NCBI GenBank assembly: GCA_963730185.1
Contig: CAVSQW010000013.1
Location: forward strand, 151,245 to 215,244
DNA: 64,000 nucleotides
Source of the DNA: an uncultured Gemmatimonadales bacterium
GTDB taxonomy: Bacteria; Gemmatimonadota; Gemmatimonadetes; Gemmatimonadales; GWC2-71-9
Direction of reading: 5' to 3'
Shown here: in pieces, positions 1 through 9,215 of the stretch
Numbering within the stretch: the first letter of the stretch is position 1
How the letters are laid out: each line of letters begins with the position of its first letter
Made by a program: the position numbers and the translations under genes
Notes under the pieces: generated by a model
Database searches by the model: none
Seen by the model: the letters and a program-made list of their open reading frames with translations, nothing else
What the model was told of the DNA's origin: nothing

Positions 1-16
1 CGGGCCGGTCCGGCCG

Positions 17-1621
17 GTGCTCCTGCTCTTGGTCGTCGCGGTCGGACTGGTGTTGCTGGTGGCCTGCGTGAACGTCGCCAACCTGCTCCTGGCGCGGGGC
101 GCCGTACGGGTCCAGGAGGTCGCGGTGCGGGGGGCGCTGGGTGCCGGGGCGGGCCGCTTGGGACGCCAGTTCCTGGCGGAGGCCGTGCTGCTCACCGGGA
201 TCGGAGCGGTGGGCGGGGTGGGGCTGGCCTACTTGGCCCTTCACGGCCTTGGATCGCTGGTGCCGCCCGGGTTACCGCGGGTCGACACGGTCGACATCGA
301 CCTTCGGGTCTTGCTGGTGACGCTGGCGGTGTCGATCGGGGTGGGGGTGGCCTTCGGTCTGGTGCCCACCCTGCAGGCGCGCCGGGTCGATCCGATGACC
401 GCGATCACGGCCGAAGGACGCTCGGGCGGCGGCGGGCTCCGCCGCGCCCGCTTCCGCCAAGCGCTCGTCGTGGCGGAGCTGGCACTCTCGGTGGCCCTCG
501 TGGTGTCCGCGGGGCTGCTGGTTCGGAGCCTCTGGACCGTGCTCCGGGTAAACCCGGGCTTCGATGTGCGCCAGGTGGTGAAGGCGGAGTACCAGCTGGC
601 GCCGAAGCGCTATCCCACCGACTACTCGAAGTGGCCCCGCTTCTCCGAGATCCTCGATTTCGACCAGCGGTTGCTCGATCGGGCGGGCCGGATTCCGGGC
701 GCGACCGAAGTCGCGCTGGCCGGCGCCCAGCCGCTCGATCGTGGGTTCACCAACTCGTTCACCATCGTCGGACGCGAGGCCGAGTCGCGCGGCTGGCCGG
801 AGATCCCGGTCCGCCAGGTGAGCCCGGGGTACTTCGCGACCATGCGGGTGCCCCTCGTGCGCGGCCGCCTCTTCACCGCGGGTGACGACGCGGACCACGC
901 CCCCGTCGGCCTGATCAACGAAGCGGCCGTGAAGCGGTACTTCCCCGGCGCCGACCCGATCGGCCAGGAGATCCGCTATTGGGGCATCGCCCGGCGGATC
1001 GTCGGGGTGGTGGCCGACGAGCGGTTCTACGGAGTGACCGAGCCGGCGCCGCCCGCGACCTACCTTCCGGTCGGGCAGGCCCCCGGCCGCGGCGGGGTGC
1101 TGCTGGTGCGGGCCTCGGGCGACGTTCGGGCCGTGGCCGCCGATCTCCGGGCCGTGTTCCACGACGTGGATCCCGAGCTCGCCATCTACGGAGTCGAGCC
1201 CCTGGCGACCACGCTTCGGGAGTCGGTCGCCGAGCGGCGGTTCACGGCCCTGCTCCTCGGCGCGTTCGGGCTGGTGACGGTTTTGCTTGCCCTGGTCGGG
1301 ATCCACGGGGTGATCGGCTACGCGACGACTCAGCGCTCCCATGAGATCGGGATCCGGGTGGCCTTGGGGGCGACCCGGGGCGACGTGACCGCGCTGGTGA
1401 TGCGGAGCGGCCTCGGCCTGGCGGTCGCGGGGACCATCCTCGGCCTGGCCGGCGCGATGGCCGGTTCGAGCCTCCTGGCCGGCTTCTTGTTCGGAGTGGG
1501 CCGCCTCGACCCGATCACCTTTCTCGTGGTGCCGGCGGTCGTCCTGCTGGCCACCGCCGTCGCGACCTGGCTGCCCGCCCGGCGCGCCGCCCGGGCCGAG
1601 CCCCTCGACTCGTTGAGATAG
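17..1621 (+). CDS. ABC transporter permease, ADOP/MacB-FtsX type (5' partial)
   Basis: LLVACVNVANLLLAR and EIGIRVALGA FtsX-type motifs, duplicated permease architecture; the frame probably begins before the window. Confidence 0.9.
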   Translation: MLLLLVVAVGLVLLVACVNVANLLLARGAVRVQEVAVRGALGAGAGRLGRQFLAEAVLLTGIGAVGGVGLAYLALHGLGSLVPPGLPRVDTVDIDLRVLLVTLAVSIGVGVAFGLVPTLQARRVDPMTAITAEGRSGGGGLRRARFRQALVVAELALSVALVVSAGLLVRSLWTVLRVNPGFDVRQVVKAEYQLAPKRYPTDYSKWPRFSEILDFDQRLLDRAGRIPGATEVALAGAQPLDRGFTNSFTIVGREAESRGWPEIPVRQVSPGYFATMRVPLVRGRLFTAGDDADHAPVGLINEAAVKRYFPGADPIGQEIRYWGIARRIVGVVADERFYGVTEPAPPATYLPVGQAPGRGGVLLVRASGDVRAVAADLRAVFHDVDPELAIYGVEPLATTLRESVAERRFTALLLGAFGLVTVLLALVGIHGVIGYATTQRSHEIGIRVALGATRGDVTALVMRSGLGLAVAGTILGLAGAMAGSSLLAGFLFGVGRLDPITFLVVPAVVLLATAVATWLPARRAARAEPLDSLR

Positions 1622-1782
1622 TGACTAGGGAGTAGTGACTGGGGAGTAGGGAGGGAGCAATGAGTCGGGAGCGGGGTGGCGTTGCCGGCCCAACTCCCCC
1701 TATCTCCCGCTCCCTCCCCTACTCCCTATCCCCTACTCCCTCCCTACTCCCTACTCCCTATTCACGAATCACAACTCCCTAC
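1622..1782. repeat. Degenerate heptamer (CTACTCC/GGAGTAG) repeat element, G-rich arm then C-rich arm
   Basis: GACTAGGGAGTAGTGACTGGGGAGTAGGGAGGGAG starts at the TAG stop; CCCTACTCCCTATCCCCTACTCCCTCCCTACTCCCTACTCCC follows. Confidence 0.85.
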
Positions 1783-1826
1783 AATACCTTTCGAGGTCCG
1801 CCGTCGGAGGTCGCATTCTGAGGGTC

Positions 1827-2846
1827 ATGCTTCTTTCCCGGCTCGGGTCCTTCGACGAGCGGCCTGAGCCGCTCGAGCTTGCCGAGCGCCCCGACCCCGA
1901 GCCGGGTCCGGGCGAGGTGGTGGTCCGAGTTACCGCCTGCGGGGTCTGCCACACCGATCTGGACATCATCGAGGGCCGGACGGCGCCACCGGCGCTTCCG
2001 GTTGTGCTCGGCCATCAAGTGGTCGGGTGGGTGGAGCGACTGGGGGCGGGGGCGCGGGGGCTGGACGTCGGCGACCGGGTCGGCGTAGCGTGGATTGCCG
2101 GCGCCTGCGGTCGATGCGACTGGTGCGCCCGGGGGCTCGAGAACCTCTGCCCCGAGTTCCAGGCCACCGGGCGAGACGTCGACGGTGGCTATGCCGAGCG
2201 GGTGGTGGTCGCGGCGGACTTCGCGCACCCGTTGGCCGCCTCGCTCGACGACGTCCGGACCGCGCCGTTGCTCTGCGCCGGAGCGATCGGGTATCGCTCG
2301 CTGTCGCTGACCCGGCTCGAGAACGGCCAGCCCCTTGGCCTCACCGGCTTCGGGGCCTCAGGGCACCTGGTCCTCAAGCTGGTGCGGGCGCGGTTCCCCG
2401 CCAGCGAGGTCTATGTGTTTGCCCGGAGCGAGGTGGAGCGCGATTTCGCGCGCTCGTTGGGGGCGGTCTGGGCCGGGGCCATCGGCGAGCGGCCACCCCG
2501 CCGGCTCCGGGCGGTGGTCGACACCACCCCGGTCTGGCGGCCGGTGGTCGAGGCGCTCCGGACCCTGGAGCCGGGCGGCCGGTTGGTGATCAACGCGATC
2601 CGCAAGGTCGACGCCGATCGGGGCGTGTTGGCCGAGATCGATTACGCCGAGGATCTCTGGATGGAGAAGGAGATCAAGAGCGTTGCCAACGTGACCCGGG
2701 CCGACGTGCGGGAATTCCTGGCCCTGGCGGCGGAGCTCGAGCTCCAGCCCGAGGTCGAGACCTTTCCCCTGACCGACGCCAATCGCGCCCTGCGCGCCAT
2801 CCGGGAGGGCGGGCAGCGAGGCGCGAAAGTGCTGGTGGTGACGTAG
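1827..2846 (+). CDS. Zinc-dependent alcohol dehydrogenase family protein
   Basis: CGVCHTD, GHQVVG, CxxCxxC...C structural Zn motif, LLCAGAIGY. Confidence 0.93.
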   Translation: MLLSRLGSFDERPEPLELAERPDPEPGPGEVVVRVTACGVCHTDLDIIEGRTAPPALPVVLGHQVVGWVERLGAGARGLDVGDRVGVAWIAGACGRCDWCARGLENLCPEFQATGRDVDGGYAERVVVAADFAHPLAASLDDVRTAPLLCAGAIGYRSLSLTRLENGQPLGLTGFGASGHLVLKLVRARFPASEVYVFARSEVERDFARSLGAVWAGAIGERPPRRLRAVVDTTPVWRPVVEALRTLEPGGRLVINAIRKVDADRGVLAEIDYAEDLWMEKEIKSVANVTRADVREFLALAAELELQPEVETFPLTDANRALRAIREGGQRGAKVLVVT

Positions 2847-2853
2847 GCGCGGC

Positions 2854-4443
2854 TCAGTGCCCGGCGGCTCCGGAGCCTCGGAGCCGGCCGGTCTTGAAGA
2901 GCAGCAGCAGCGGGATCGCGATCAGGAACACCCCACCCATCAGCAGGAAGACCCGGTCGAACGCGATGACCGCGGCCTGCTTCCGGACCAGGTAGTCGAG
3001 CGCCGCCCAGGCCCGAGCGGAGGCCTGCTCGGCCGAAGCGCTCACCGCCATGAATTTCCGGGTCAGGCCCTCGATCCGCGCCATGGTGGCCGGCTCGGCG
3101 GGGTTGAGGTGGGTCCGAAGGCCTTCCCGGGCGTGCTCGGTGTACCGGGTCACGACGGTCGCGATGGCCGCGATCCCGAAGCTGCCGCCGAGCTGCCGCG
3201 CCAGCGAGTACAAGCCGGTGCCCTGGCCATACTGCGCCGGGCGGAGATCGGCGATCGCCGCGGCCGTGAGGGGCGGGAAGATCATTCCCAGGCCGATGCC
3301 GCGGAGAATGAGCGGGAAGGTGATGTCGGCGGCCCCGACCTCGGACGTGAACCGGGAGTGGAGGAGCATCGCCACGAAGAAGATGCCGATCCCCAGCGCG
3401 ATCAGGCCGCGAACGTCGACGTTGTTGTTGATCCGGCCCATCGCCGCCATGGTCACGGCGCTGGCCAGGGCGCCCGGCAGCATGATCCAGCCGGTCTCCG
3501 CCGGACCCAGGCCCACCACGTTCTGGACGAAGACGGGCAGGGCGAACACGCTGGCATAGAGGGCGAACCCGAGCGCCGCGCCGAAGACCATCCCCGCCGC
3601 GAGCTGCCGGTTCTTGAGGATCCGGAGATCCACGATCGGATGCTCGGTGGTGAGCTCGTGCCAGATGAAGGCGATCACCCCGAACGCCGCGAGGGCGGCT
3701 TCGACCCGGATCTCGGTGGACTGGAACCAGTCGTGCGCGCCCCCCCGTTCGAGCAGCACCTGGAGCGAGCCGATGCCCAGCGCCAGCAGGGCCACCCCGG
3801 GCCAGTCGATGGAGCTGGACCGGTGGAGCTTGGACTCGGGCTCGGGGACCAGCCGCCAGCAGAGCGAGCCGGCCAGGATCCCGATCGGGAGGTTGATGTA
3901 GAAGATCCAGGGCCAGGAGTAGTTCTCGGTGATCCACCCGCCCAAGGTCGGGCCCAGGGCCGGACCGACCATGACGCTGATCCCGAAGATGGCCATCCCG
4001 ATGGCCCGTTCGTCGGGCGGAAAGACGTCGAAGATGATCGCCTGCGCGGTGGAGATCAGGGCGCCCCCGCCCACCCCCTGCACGACCCGCCAGAAGACCA
4101 GCCCCTCGAGGGTGGAGGCCTGGCCGCAGAGGTAGGACGCGACCGTGAAGAGCGCGATCGAGCCCACGTAGTAGTTCCGTCGCCCGAATCGATCGGCCAG
4201 CCAGCTGGTAAGCGGCAGGACGATCACGTTGGCCACGATGTAGCCGGTGGAGACCCAGGAGATCTCTTCCAGCGTGGCGCCGAGGTTCCCCATCATGGTG
4301 GGGAGGGCCACGTTGACGATGCTGGTGTCGACCAGCTCGAGCACGCTGGCGAGCGCCACCGCGAACGAGATCAGGTAGCGGGCGCGGTAGATCTCCGACC
4401 GCGCGAGCGGCGGCCGCGCGGCGGGCAGGGCGATCGAGGTCAC
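2854..4443 (-). CDS. emrB: DHA2 family MFS efflux permease (EmrB/QacA type)
   Basis: DTSIVNVALP, DRFGRR, GPALGPTLGG, WPWIFYINLPIG motifs; many TM segments. Confidence 0.92.
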   Translation of the reverse strand: MTSIALPAARPPLARSEIYRARYLISFAVALASVLELVDTSIVNVALPTMMGNLGATLEEISWVSTGYIVANVIVLPLTSWLADRFGRRNYYVGSIALFTVASYLCGQASTLEGLVFWRVVQGVGGGALISTAQAIIFDVFPPDERAIGMAIFGISVMVGPALGPTLGGWITENYSWPWIFYINLPIGILAGSLCWRLVPEPESKLHRSSSIDWPGVALLALGIGSLQVLLERGGAHDWFQSTEIRVEAALAAFGVIAFIWHELTTEHPIVDLRILKNRQLAAGMVFGAALGFALYASVFALPVFVQNVVGLGPAETGWIMLPGALASAVTMAAMGRINNNVDVRGLIALGIGIFFVAMLLHSRFTSEVGAADITFPLILRGIGLGMIFPPLTAAAIADLRPAQYGQGTGLYSLARQLGGSFGIAAIATVVTRYTEHAREGLRTHLNPAEPATMARIEGLTRKFMAVSASAEQASARAWAALDYLVRKQAAVIAFDRVFLLMGGVFLIAIPLLLLFKTGRLRGSGAAGH

Positions 4444-4450
4444 GCCGGGC

Positions 4451-5536
4451 TCAGTTGGTGACGATGCTCACGTCGACCGACATCCCCGGTCGGAGCGGGT
4501 GGGCCTCGTCCTGACCCGGGTCGACCGCGATCCGGACCGGGACCCGCTGCACCACCTTGGTGAAGTTGCCGGTCGCGTTGTCCGGCGGGAGCAGGGCGAA
4601 CCGGGCTCCGGTGGCCGGGCTCACGCTCTCGACCGTTCCGTGGAAGGTGGCGCCCGGGTAGGCGTCGACCGAGAATTCGACCGGGGCGCCGATCGAGACG
4701 CGGGCCAGCTCGGTTTCCTTCAGATTGGCGGTGACCCAGACCTGCTCGTCCGGCACGATCGACAGCAGACTCTGGCCGACCTGCACGAGCGTCCCCGGCT
4801 CGACCGCGCGCTCGGCGACCACGCCGGACGCCGACGCGAGAATCACGGTGTACCCGAGCTGGAGCCGGGCGTTCTCGACCTGGGCCTTGGCCGCGCTGAG
4901 CCGGGCATTGGCCACCCGGACGCCCGCTTGGGCAGCCTTGCTCTGGCTCGACGCCGCGGCGGCCTGCCCCTGCGCGGCCTCGAGGCCGGCCTTGGCGCTC
5001 TCCACCGCCCACGTGGCCTGATCGAGCTGCTGGGGCGGGATGATCTTCCGATCGGCGAGGCTCTGATAGCGCTTGAGATCGCTCTCGGCCTTGGCCAGGG
5101 CGGCCCGGGCCGCCGTCACCTCGGCCGCGGCCGAGCCGGCCTGGGCGACGCGGCTGGCCGCCTCGGCGTTGGCCTGGCCCGCCTGTCCGCCCCGGCCCAC
5201 CTGGGCCTGGACGCTGGCCAGGTCGGCCTCGGCCTGATCCAGCCGGACCCGGAAGTCGCGATCGTCGAGCACGACCAGGGTGTCGCCGGCCTTCACATGC
5301 TGATTGTCGTCGATCAGCACCCGGGCGACGAAGCCCTGGACCCGGGGCGACACGGCCGTGATGTGGCCGTCGATCTGGGCGTTGTCGGTCGTCACGTGAT
5401 GCCGGGCGAACTGGAAGCGCCGCCACCCGTAGATCCCCCCGGCGACGACGATCGCCGCCACCACCAGGATCGGCACGAGCGAGCGCCGCTTGGCGGACGC
5501 GCCGGCGACGGGCATCTCTCCAGAGACTGCGGTCAT
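4451..5536 (-). CDS. emrA: HlyD/EmrA family membrane fusion protein
   Basis: TDNAQIDG, LLPPDNATGNFTKVVQRVPVRI; ATG 5536 has a GAGGAG SD (alternative start GTG 5560). Confidence 0.92.
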   Translation of the reverse strand: MTAVSGEMPVAGASAKRRSLVPILVVAAIVVAGGIYGWRRFQFARHHVTTDNAQIDGHITAVSPRVQGFVARVLIDDNQHVKAGDTLVVLDDRDFRVRLDQAEADLASVQAQVGRGGQAGQANAEAASRVAQAGSAAAEVTAARAALAKAESDLKRYQSLADRKIIPPQQLDQATWAVESAKAGLEAAQGQAAAASSQSKAAQAGVRVANARLSAAKAQVENARLQLGYTVILASASGVVAERAVEPGTLVQVGQSLLSIVPDEQVWVTANLKETELARVSIGAPVEFSVDAYPGATFHGTVESVSPATGARFALLPPDNATGNFTKVVQRVPVRIAVDPGQDEAHPLRPGMSVDVSIVTN

Positions 5537-5556
5537 GGTCCCACTCTCCTCACGGC

Positions 5557-6846
5557 TCACGGTAGCTGCTCGAGAATCCCCAACGCCCGGTACGCGGCGA
5601 CCCGCGCGATGGCGAGGCCCACCCGGGCCTGGATCACTTGGTCGCGCGCGGCCACCAGCCCGGTCTGCGCGTTGGTCGTTTCGATGCTCCCGGCCACGCC
5701 GGCCCGGAAGCGCTCTTCGGCCTGGTCCAGCTCCTGCTCGGCCAAGCGCCGGCGCTCGCCGGCCAGGCTCACTTGCTCGGTCGCGGTCGCCAGGTCGAGC
5801 AGCGCCTGCCGCGCGTCGGCATTGACCCGGCGTTCCAGGTCCTGGAGCTTGATCCGCTCGGCTTCGATCTTGAGACTCTGCTCCTCGATCCGGCGCTCGC
5901 GATGGAGCCCGTCGAAGATCGGAATGGCGAGGCCCAGCTGGGCGAAGTAGCTGCCCGCCAGCGTCCCGGTGGCCTGACCGCTCTCGGTGTAGTACCCGCT
6001 CGCCACCAGGCTGGGCAGTCGCTCGGCCTTGATCGCCCGCCGCGAGCCCTCGAGCACCCCCAGCCGCTGGCGTTCGGCCGCCAGCTCCGGCCGGTGGAGG
6101 AGGGCGAACGCCACCGCCGCGTCGGGGTCCCGGGGGATCGCGTCGGCCGCGGTGTCGGGGAGGCCGGCCAGCGTCAGGGTGGTGTCGGGCGGGAGATCGA
6201 GGGCGCGGGCCAGATCGAGCCGGGTCTTCTCACGGGCGTTCCGGGCCTGGCTCAGCTGGCTCCGGATCACGGCGGCATTGACCTCGTTCCGGGTCAGGTC
6301 GATCGCCGCCGTGAGTCCCGCCTGATTGAGCTGGCGGGCCTGATCCAGGAGCCGGATGGCGATCACGCTGTCGGCCTCGCGGGCCCGCACCGTCTCCTCG
6401 GCGCTCAGGGCGCGGAGGAACGCGATCCCGGCGGTGGTCCCGGCCAGAACGCCGGCCGTCTGGGTGTCATAGCCCGCGGCCACGACCGAGTCCTTGGCGG
6501 TCCGGAGCCGGGTGAAGGCGGCCCAGTCGAACAGGGTCTGCGACGCCCGAAGCTGGAACGAGAACAGGGAGAACGGGTCGGTCACCCCGGTGGCGAACGG
6601 GAGGCCGAACTCATCGAGGTTGAGGGTCCGGCGGTTGACGGCGCCGTCGAAGGAGACGGTGGGCAGGAGGCTTGCCCGCCGCTCCCCCACCCGCACCTGC
6701 GCGACCCGGGCGTCGATCCGCGCCAGGCTCGCGGCCACCCCGCGCTCGCGACCCAGCGCGATTGCGCGGGTCAGGTTCAGGGTGTCGGCGGGCGCCTGAG
6801 CCGTCGGGGCCAGGGTCGCGAGGGTGAGCAGCAAGGTCAGGGTCAC
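5557..6846 (-). CDS. TolC family outer membrane efflux protein
   Basis: Signal peptide, two OEP-like repeats (LLPTV / IPIFDG, ERFRAG), operonic with emrAB. Confidence 0.88.
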   Translation of the reverse strand: MTLTLLLTLATLAPTAQAPADTLNLTRAIALGRERGVAASLARIDARVAQVRVGERRASLLPTVSFDGAVNRRTLNLDEFGLPFATGVTDPFSLFSFQLRASQTLFDWAAFTRLRTAKDSVVAAGYDTQTAGVLAGTTAGIAFLRALSAEETVRAREADSVIAIRLLDQARQLNQAGLTAAIDLTRNEVNAAVIRSQLSQARNAREKTRLDLARALDLPPDTTLTLAGLPDTAADAIPRDPDAAVAFALLHRPELAAERQRLGVLEGSRRAIKAERLPSLVASGYYTESGQATGTLAGSYFAQLGLAIPIFDGLHRERRIEEQSLKIEAERIKLQDLERRVNADARQALLDLATATEQVSLAGERRRLAEQELDQAEERFRAGVAGSIETTNAQTGLVAARDQVIQARVGLAIARVAAYRALGILEQLP

Positions 6847-6862
6847 GAAAACGGTCCTTGGG

Positions 6863-7516
6863 TCAGGCGGCCGCGGCCGTATTGGGGCGGGCCAACCCGT
6901 TGGTGACGAAGTCGAGAATCCCGTCGAGGACCTGGTCGTCCGTCAATGCCTGCGGGTCCACGCCGGCAAAGAAGCGCTGGTGCATCGCCCCGTGAACCAG
7001 GAGCGACGAGATGGCTCGGCAGAAGAAGTCGGGATTCACCCGCCGGAACTCGCCCTGGGCGACGCCCCGCTCCAGGATGGTCCGCACCAGGCGCCGAATC
7101 GGGAGGATCACCTCGTCGAAGTAGAACCGGGCCAGGTCCGGGAAGTTGCTGATCTCCGAGTGCACCAGCCGGACGATCCGCGCCATTTCCGGGGTCCGGA
7201 CCGTGTCCCACATCTTGGTCATGATGCCGATCAGCTCCCGGCGAGCCGACTCCTCCCTCGGCTCGGCACCCGCCTCGTCGGCGGCGAACGAGCGCACGAC
7301 CCGGCTCCGCACCATCTCCCGGAACAGCGCCTCCTTGTTCTCGAAGTAGAGGTAGACGGTGCCCTTGCTCACCCCGGCTCGCCGGGCCACGTCGCAGAGG
7401 TTGGCCTTGGCGAAGCCCATCTCCCCGAAAACCGAGACCGCGGCGTCGATGATCTCGTCGGGGCGGTCGTCGGGCCGGCGGTGCCAGCGAGGAGTGCGAG
7501 GGGCATGTCGGGACAC
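6863..7516 (-). CDS. TetR/AcrR family regulator
   Basis: HTH VARRAGVSKGTVYLYFENKEALF; GTG start at 7516 chosen for upstream GGAG. Confidence 0.92.
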   Translation of the reverse strand: MSRHAPRTPRWHRRPDDRPDEIIDAAVSVFGEMGFAKANLCDVARRAGVSKGTVYLYFENKEALFREMVRSRVVRSFAADEAGAEPREESARRELIGIMTKMWDTVRTPEMARIVRLVHSEISNFPDLARFYFDEVILPIRRLVRTILERGVAQGEFRRVNPDFFCRAISSLLVHGAMHQRFFAGVDPQALTDDQVLDGILDFVTNGLARPNTAAAA

Positions 7517-7533
7517 GGGCTGCTCCCAGTTAA

Positions 7534-7588
7534 TGACCGGGAAGTAAGATAAAGAATCCCTGGAAGAGTACAAGTGACCAGGTAGTCA
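7534..7588. promoter_or_regulatory. Candidate TetR operators: two TGAC-N6-GT(C/A)A sites
   Basis: TGACCAGGTAGTCA at 7575-7588 and TGACCGGGAAGTAA at 7534-7547, in an AT-richer patch upstream of the tetR operon. Confidence 0.55.
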
Positions 7589-7593
7589 GTTGC

Positions 7594-7692
7594 GGAGAGT
7601 GACGGTGGGGGGAGGACGGGTGGGAGCGTGGGGGATGCGGGGGGATGAGGAGAGACGGGGTGGGGACGGGGGAGGCAGCGGGGGATCGAGGG
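7594..7692. repeat. G-run rich low-complexity intergenic tract
   Basis: Many G3-G6 runs with GGGGGA(T/C/G)G-like units. Confidence 0.6.
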
Positions 7693-7977
7693 TCAGACCA
7701 GGGCCCGTCTCGCCTCCTCCGGCCCGACGCCACTGACCTCGACCACTTTGCGGCGGCCCGACTCGCCCTGGACGATCCGGACGGCGGAGGTGGGGACGCT
7801 CAGTGCGTCCGCGAGGAAGCGGCGGAGGGTCTCGTTGGCGGCGCCGTCGACCGGGGGGGCGGTGATCCGGACCTTCAGCGCCTCGCCGTGGAGGCCGGCC
7901 ACCTCGGTGCGCGAGGCGCGGGGTTGGACGTGGACGAGGATGCGACAGCCGGCCGGGGCCGGCGTGAAGGGCGTCAC
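7693..7977 (-). CDS. DUF167/YggU family protein
   Basis: VQPRASR...LKVRITAPPVDGAAN...GESGRRKVV; GTG start overlaps the yggT stop. Confidence 0.9.
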   Translation of the reverse strand: MTPFTPAPAGCRILVHVQPRASRTEVAGLHGEALKVRITAPPVDGAANETLRRFLADALSVPTSAVRIVQGESGRRKVVEVSGVGPEEARRALV

Positions 7978-8555
7978 CGCAGGGCCGTGGCCAGGAGCGA
8001 GCGTCCGAGGTAGAGCAGGAGGTAGGCGACGAGCGGACTCCAATCGAACCGCCCGGCGGGTGGAAGCAGCTTCCGGATCGGCTCGATCAACCAGTCCGTG
8101 AGGGTGTAGGCGGGGCGCACCCACCGATTGTACCGGGTCAGTCCGAACCACGGCGAGAAAACACGCACGATCAGCGCGAGCATCAGGAGCCCTAAGGCCC
8201 AGTCCAGCGCGACGCGGAGCCAGACGGTGGGCGGGGAGCTGGCCAGCTGGGCCAGTCCGTATCCGAACCCGATGAGCCAGCGGGTGACGCTGATGAGAAG
8301 CAGGCCGCCGGCGACCGCGAGGCCGAGCAGCCAGAGGCTGGCGTCCTGCGGGTTGCCGCCCCGCCGGGCGAGGCGATTCTCGATCGGCCGGAGCATCCTG
8401 TCGCTCGCCGAACGGATTCCGCGGAACCAGGGGTTCTTGGCGCCGAGCCGGCCGGACCGGGCGGCCCAGTAGGTTCCGGCGACCGTGCCCGCGAACACCA
8501 CGCTCGCGAACGCAACCGCCCGAACGACCAGGTCGATCGCGCCGACGACTTCCAT
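7974..8555 (-). CDS. YggT family membrane protein
   Basis: LTDWLIEPIRKLLPP..RFDWSPLVA YggT motif; adjacent to yggU. Confidence 0.85.
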   Translation of the reverse strand: MEVVGAIDLVVRAVAFASVVFAGTVAGTYWAARSGRLGAKNPWFRGIRSASDRMLRPIENRLARRGGNPQDASLWLLGLAVAGGLLLISVTRWLIGFGYGLAQLASSPPTVWLRVALDWALGLLMLALIVRVFSPWFGLTRYNRWVRPAYTLTDWLIEPIRKLLPPAGRFDWSPLVAYLLLYLGRSLLATALR

Positions 8556-8559
8556 GCGG

Positions 8560-8832
8560 CTAGTCGCCGCTGCAGGTCACCGAGGTCGGCTCGATCCGGC
8601 CGCAGGCGATGGTCTGGTCCATCCCGCTGGCGACGGGACCGCAGGCCGTCGTTTGGGCCGCCTGGGTGGCGGCCTTGCGGTCCTGCCCCGAGGCCTTGGC
8701 GCAACGGTTGGCACCGTTGAAGGTGACGCAGACCTCGCAGGTAACCTGCTGCGAGCGAATCGTGGAGAACAGCAACAGCGCCACGAACGCCGCGGCGATG
8801 ACCCAGAACACGGTGGAGCGGTTGATCTTCAT
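8560..8832 (-). CDS. Small Cys-rich exported hypothetical protein
   Basis: N-terminal hydrophobic segment, six Cys, GC3-rich codon usage. Confidence 0.7.
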   Translation of the reverse strand: MKINRSTVFWVIAAAFVALLLFSTIRSQQVTCEVCVTFNGANRCAKASGQDRKAATQAAQTTACGPVASGMDQTIACGRIEPTSVTCSGD

Positions 8833-8944
8833 GGCGGAAAGATAGAGCCGTTGGCGGCCTGGTGGCATCCCGGGGCAGGTCCCCGTTCAGGCGCCCCGCC
8901 GCGGCGTTGGCCTCGCTCGGGTTCCGGCGGCGGACGGGCCGATC

Positions 8945-9121
8945 CTAGAACTCGCGGCGCTTCATCTCCTTGAACAGGCGCCGGGTTTCGGCATCCTCGG
9001 ACGGATTCCGGTGCTGCAGGGTGTCGTCGTACTGGACCGACCGGTCCCGCTTGGGCGGGGCCGGCTTGCCGGCGTGCTTCTTGACCAGGGCCGCGATCCG
9101 CTTCTCGTCTTGCTTCGACAT
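8945..9121 (-). CDS. Small basic hypothetical protein (58 aa, not in the ORF track)
   Basis: MSKQDEKRIAALVKKHAGK...LFKEMKRREF*; GGAG SD, strong GC3 bias. Confidence 0.7.
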   Translation of the reverse strand: MSKQDEKRIAALVKKHAGKPAPPKRDRSVQYDDTLQHRNPSEDAETRRLFKEMKRREF

Positions 9122-9215
9122 GGATGCTCCGGTTGGGGGGCAGTAGCCGTCGCCGTAAAATAGCTGGGCTGGGGCCCGGACGGTGGTGGGGCCGGTGGCT
9201 GCCCGGGCCGGTCGG

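Noticed and set aside
1622..1782. Heptamer tracts as CRISPR or as coding sequence (ORFs 1676-1867, the 25016 N-terminal part, 33780-34109)
   Set aside because: There is no repeat-spacer structure, and the translations are low-complexity PYSLLP artefacts
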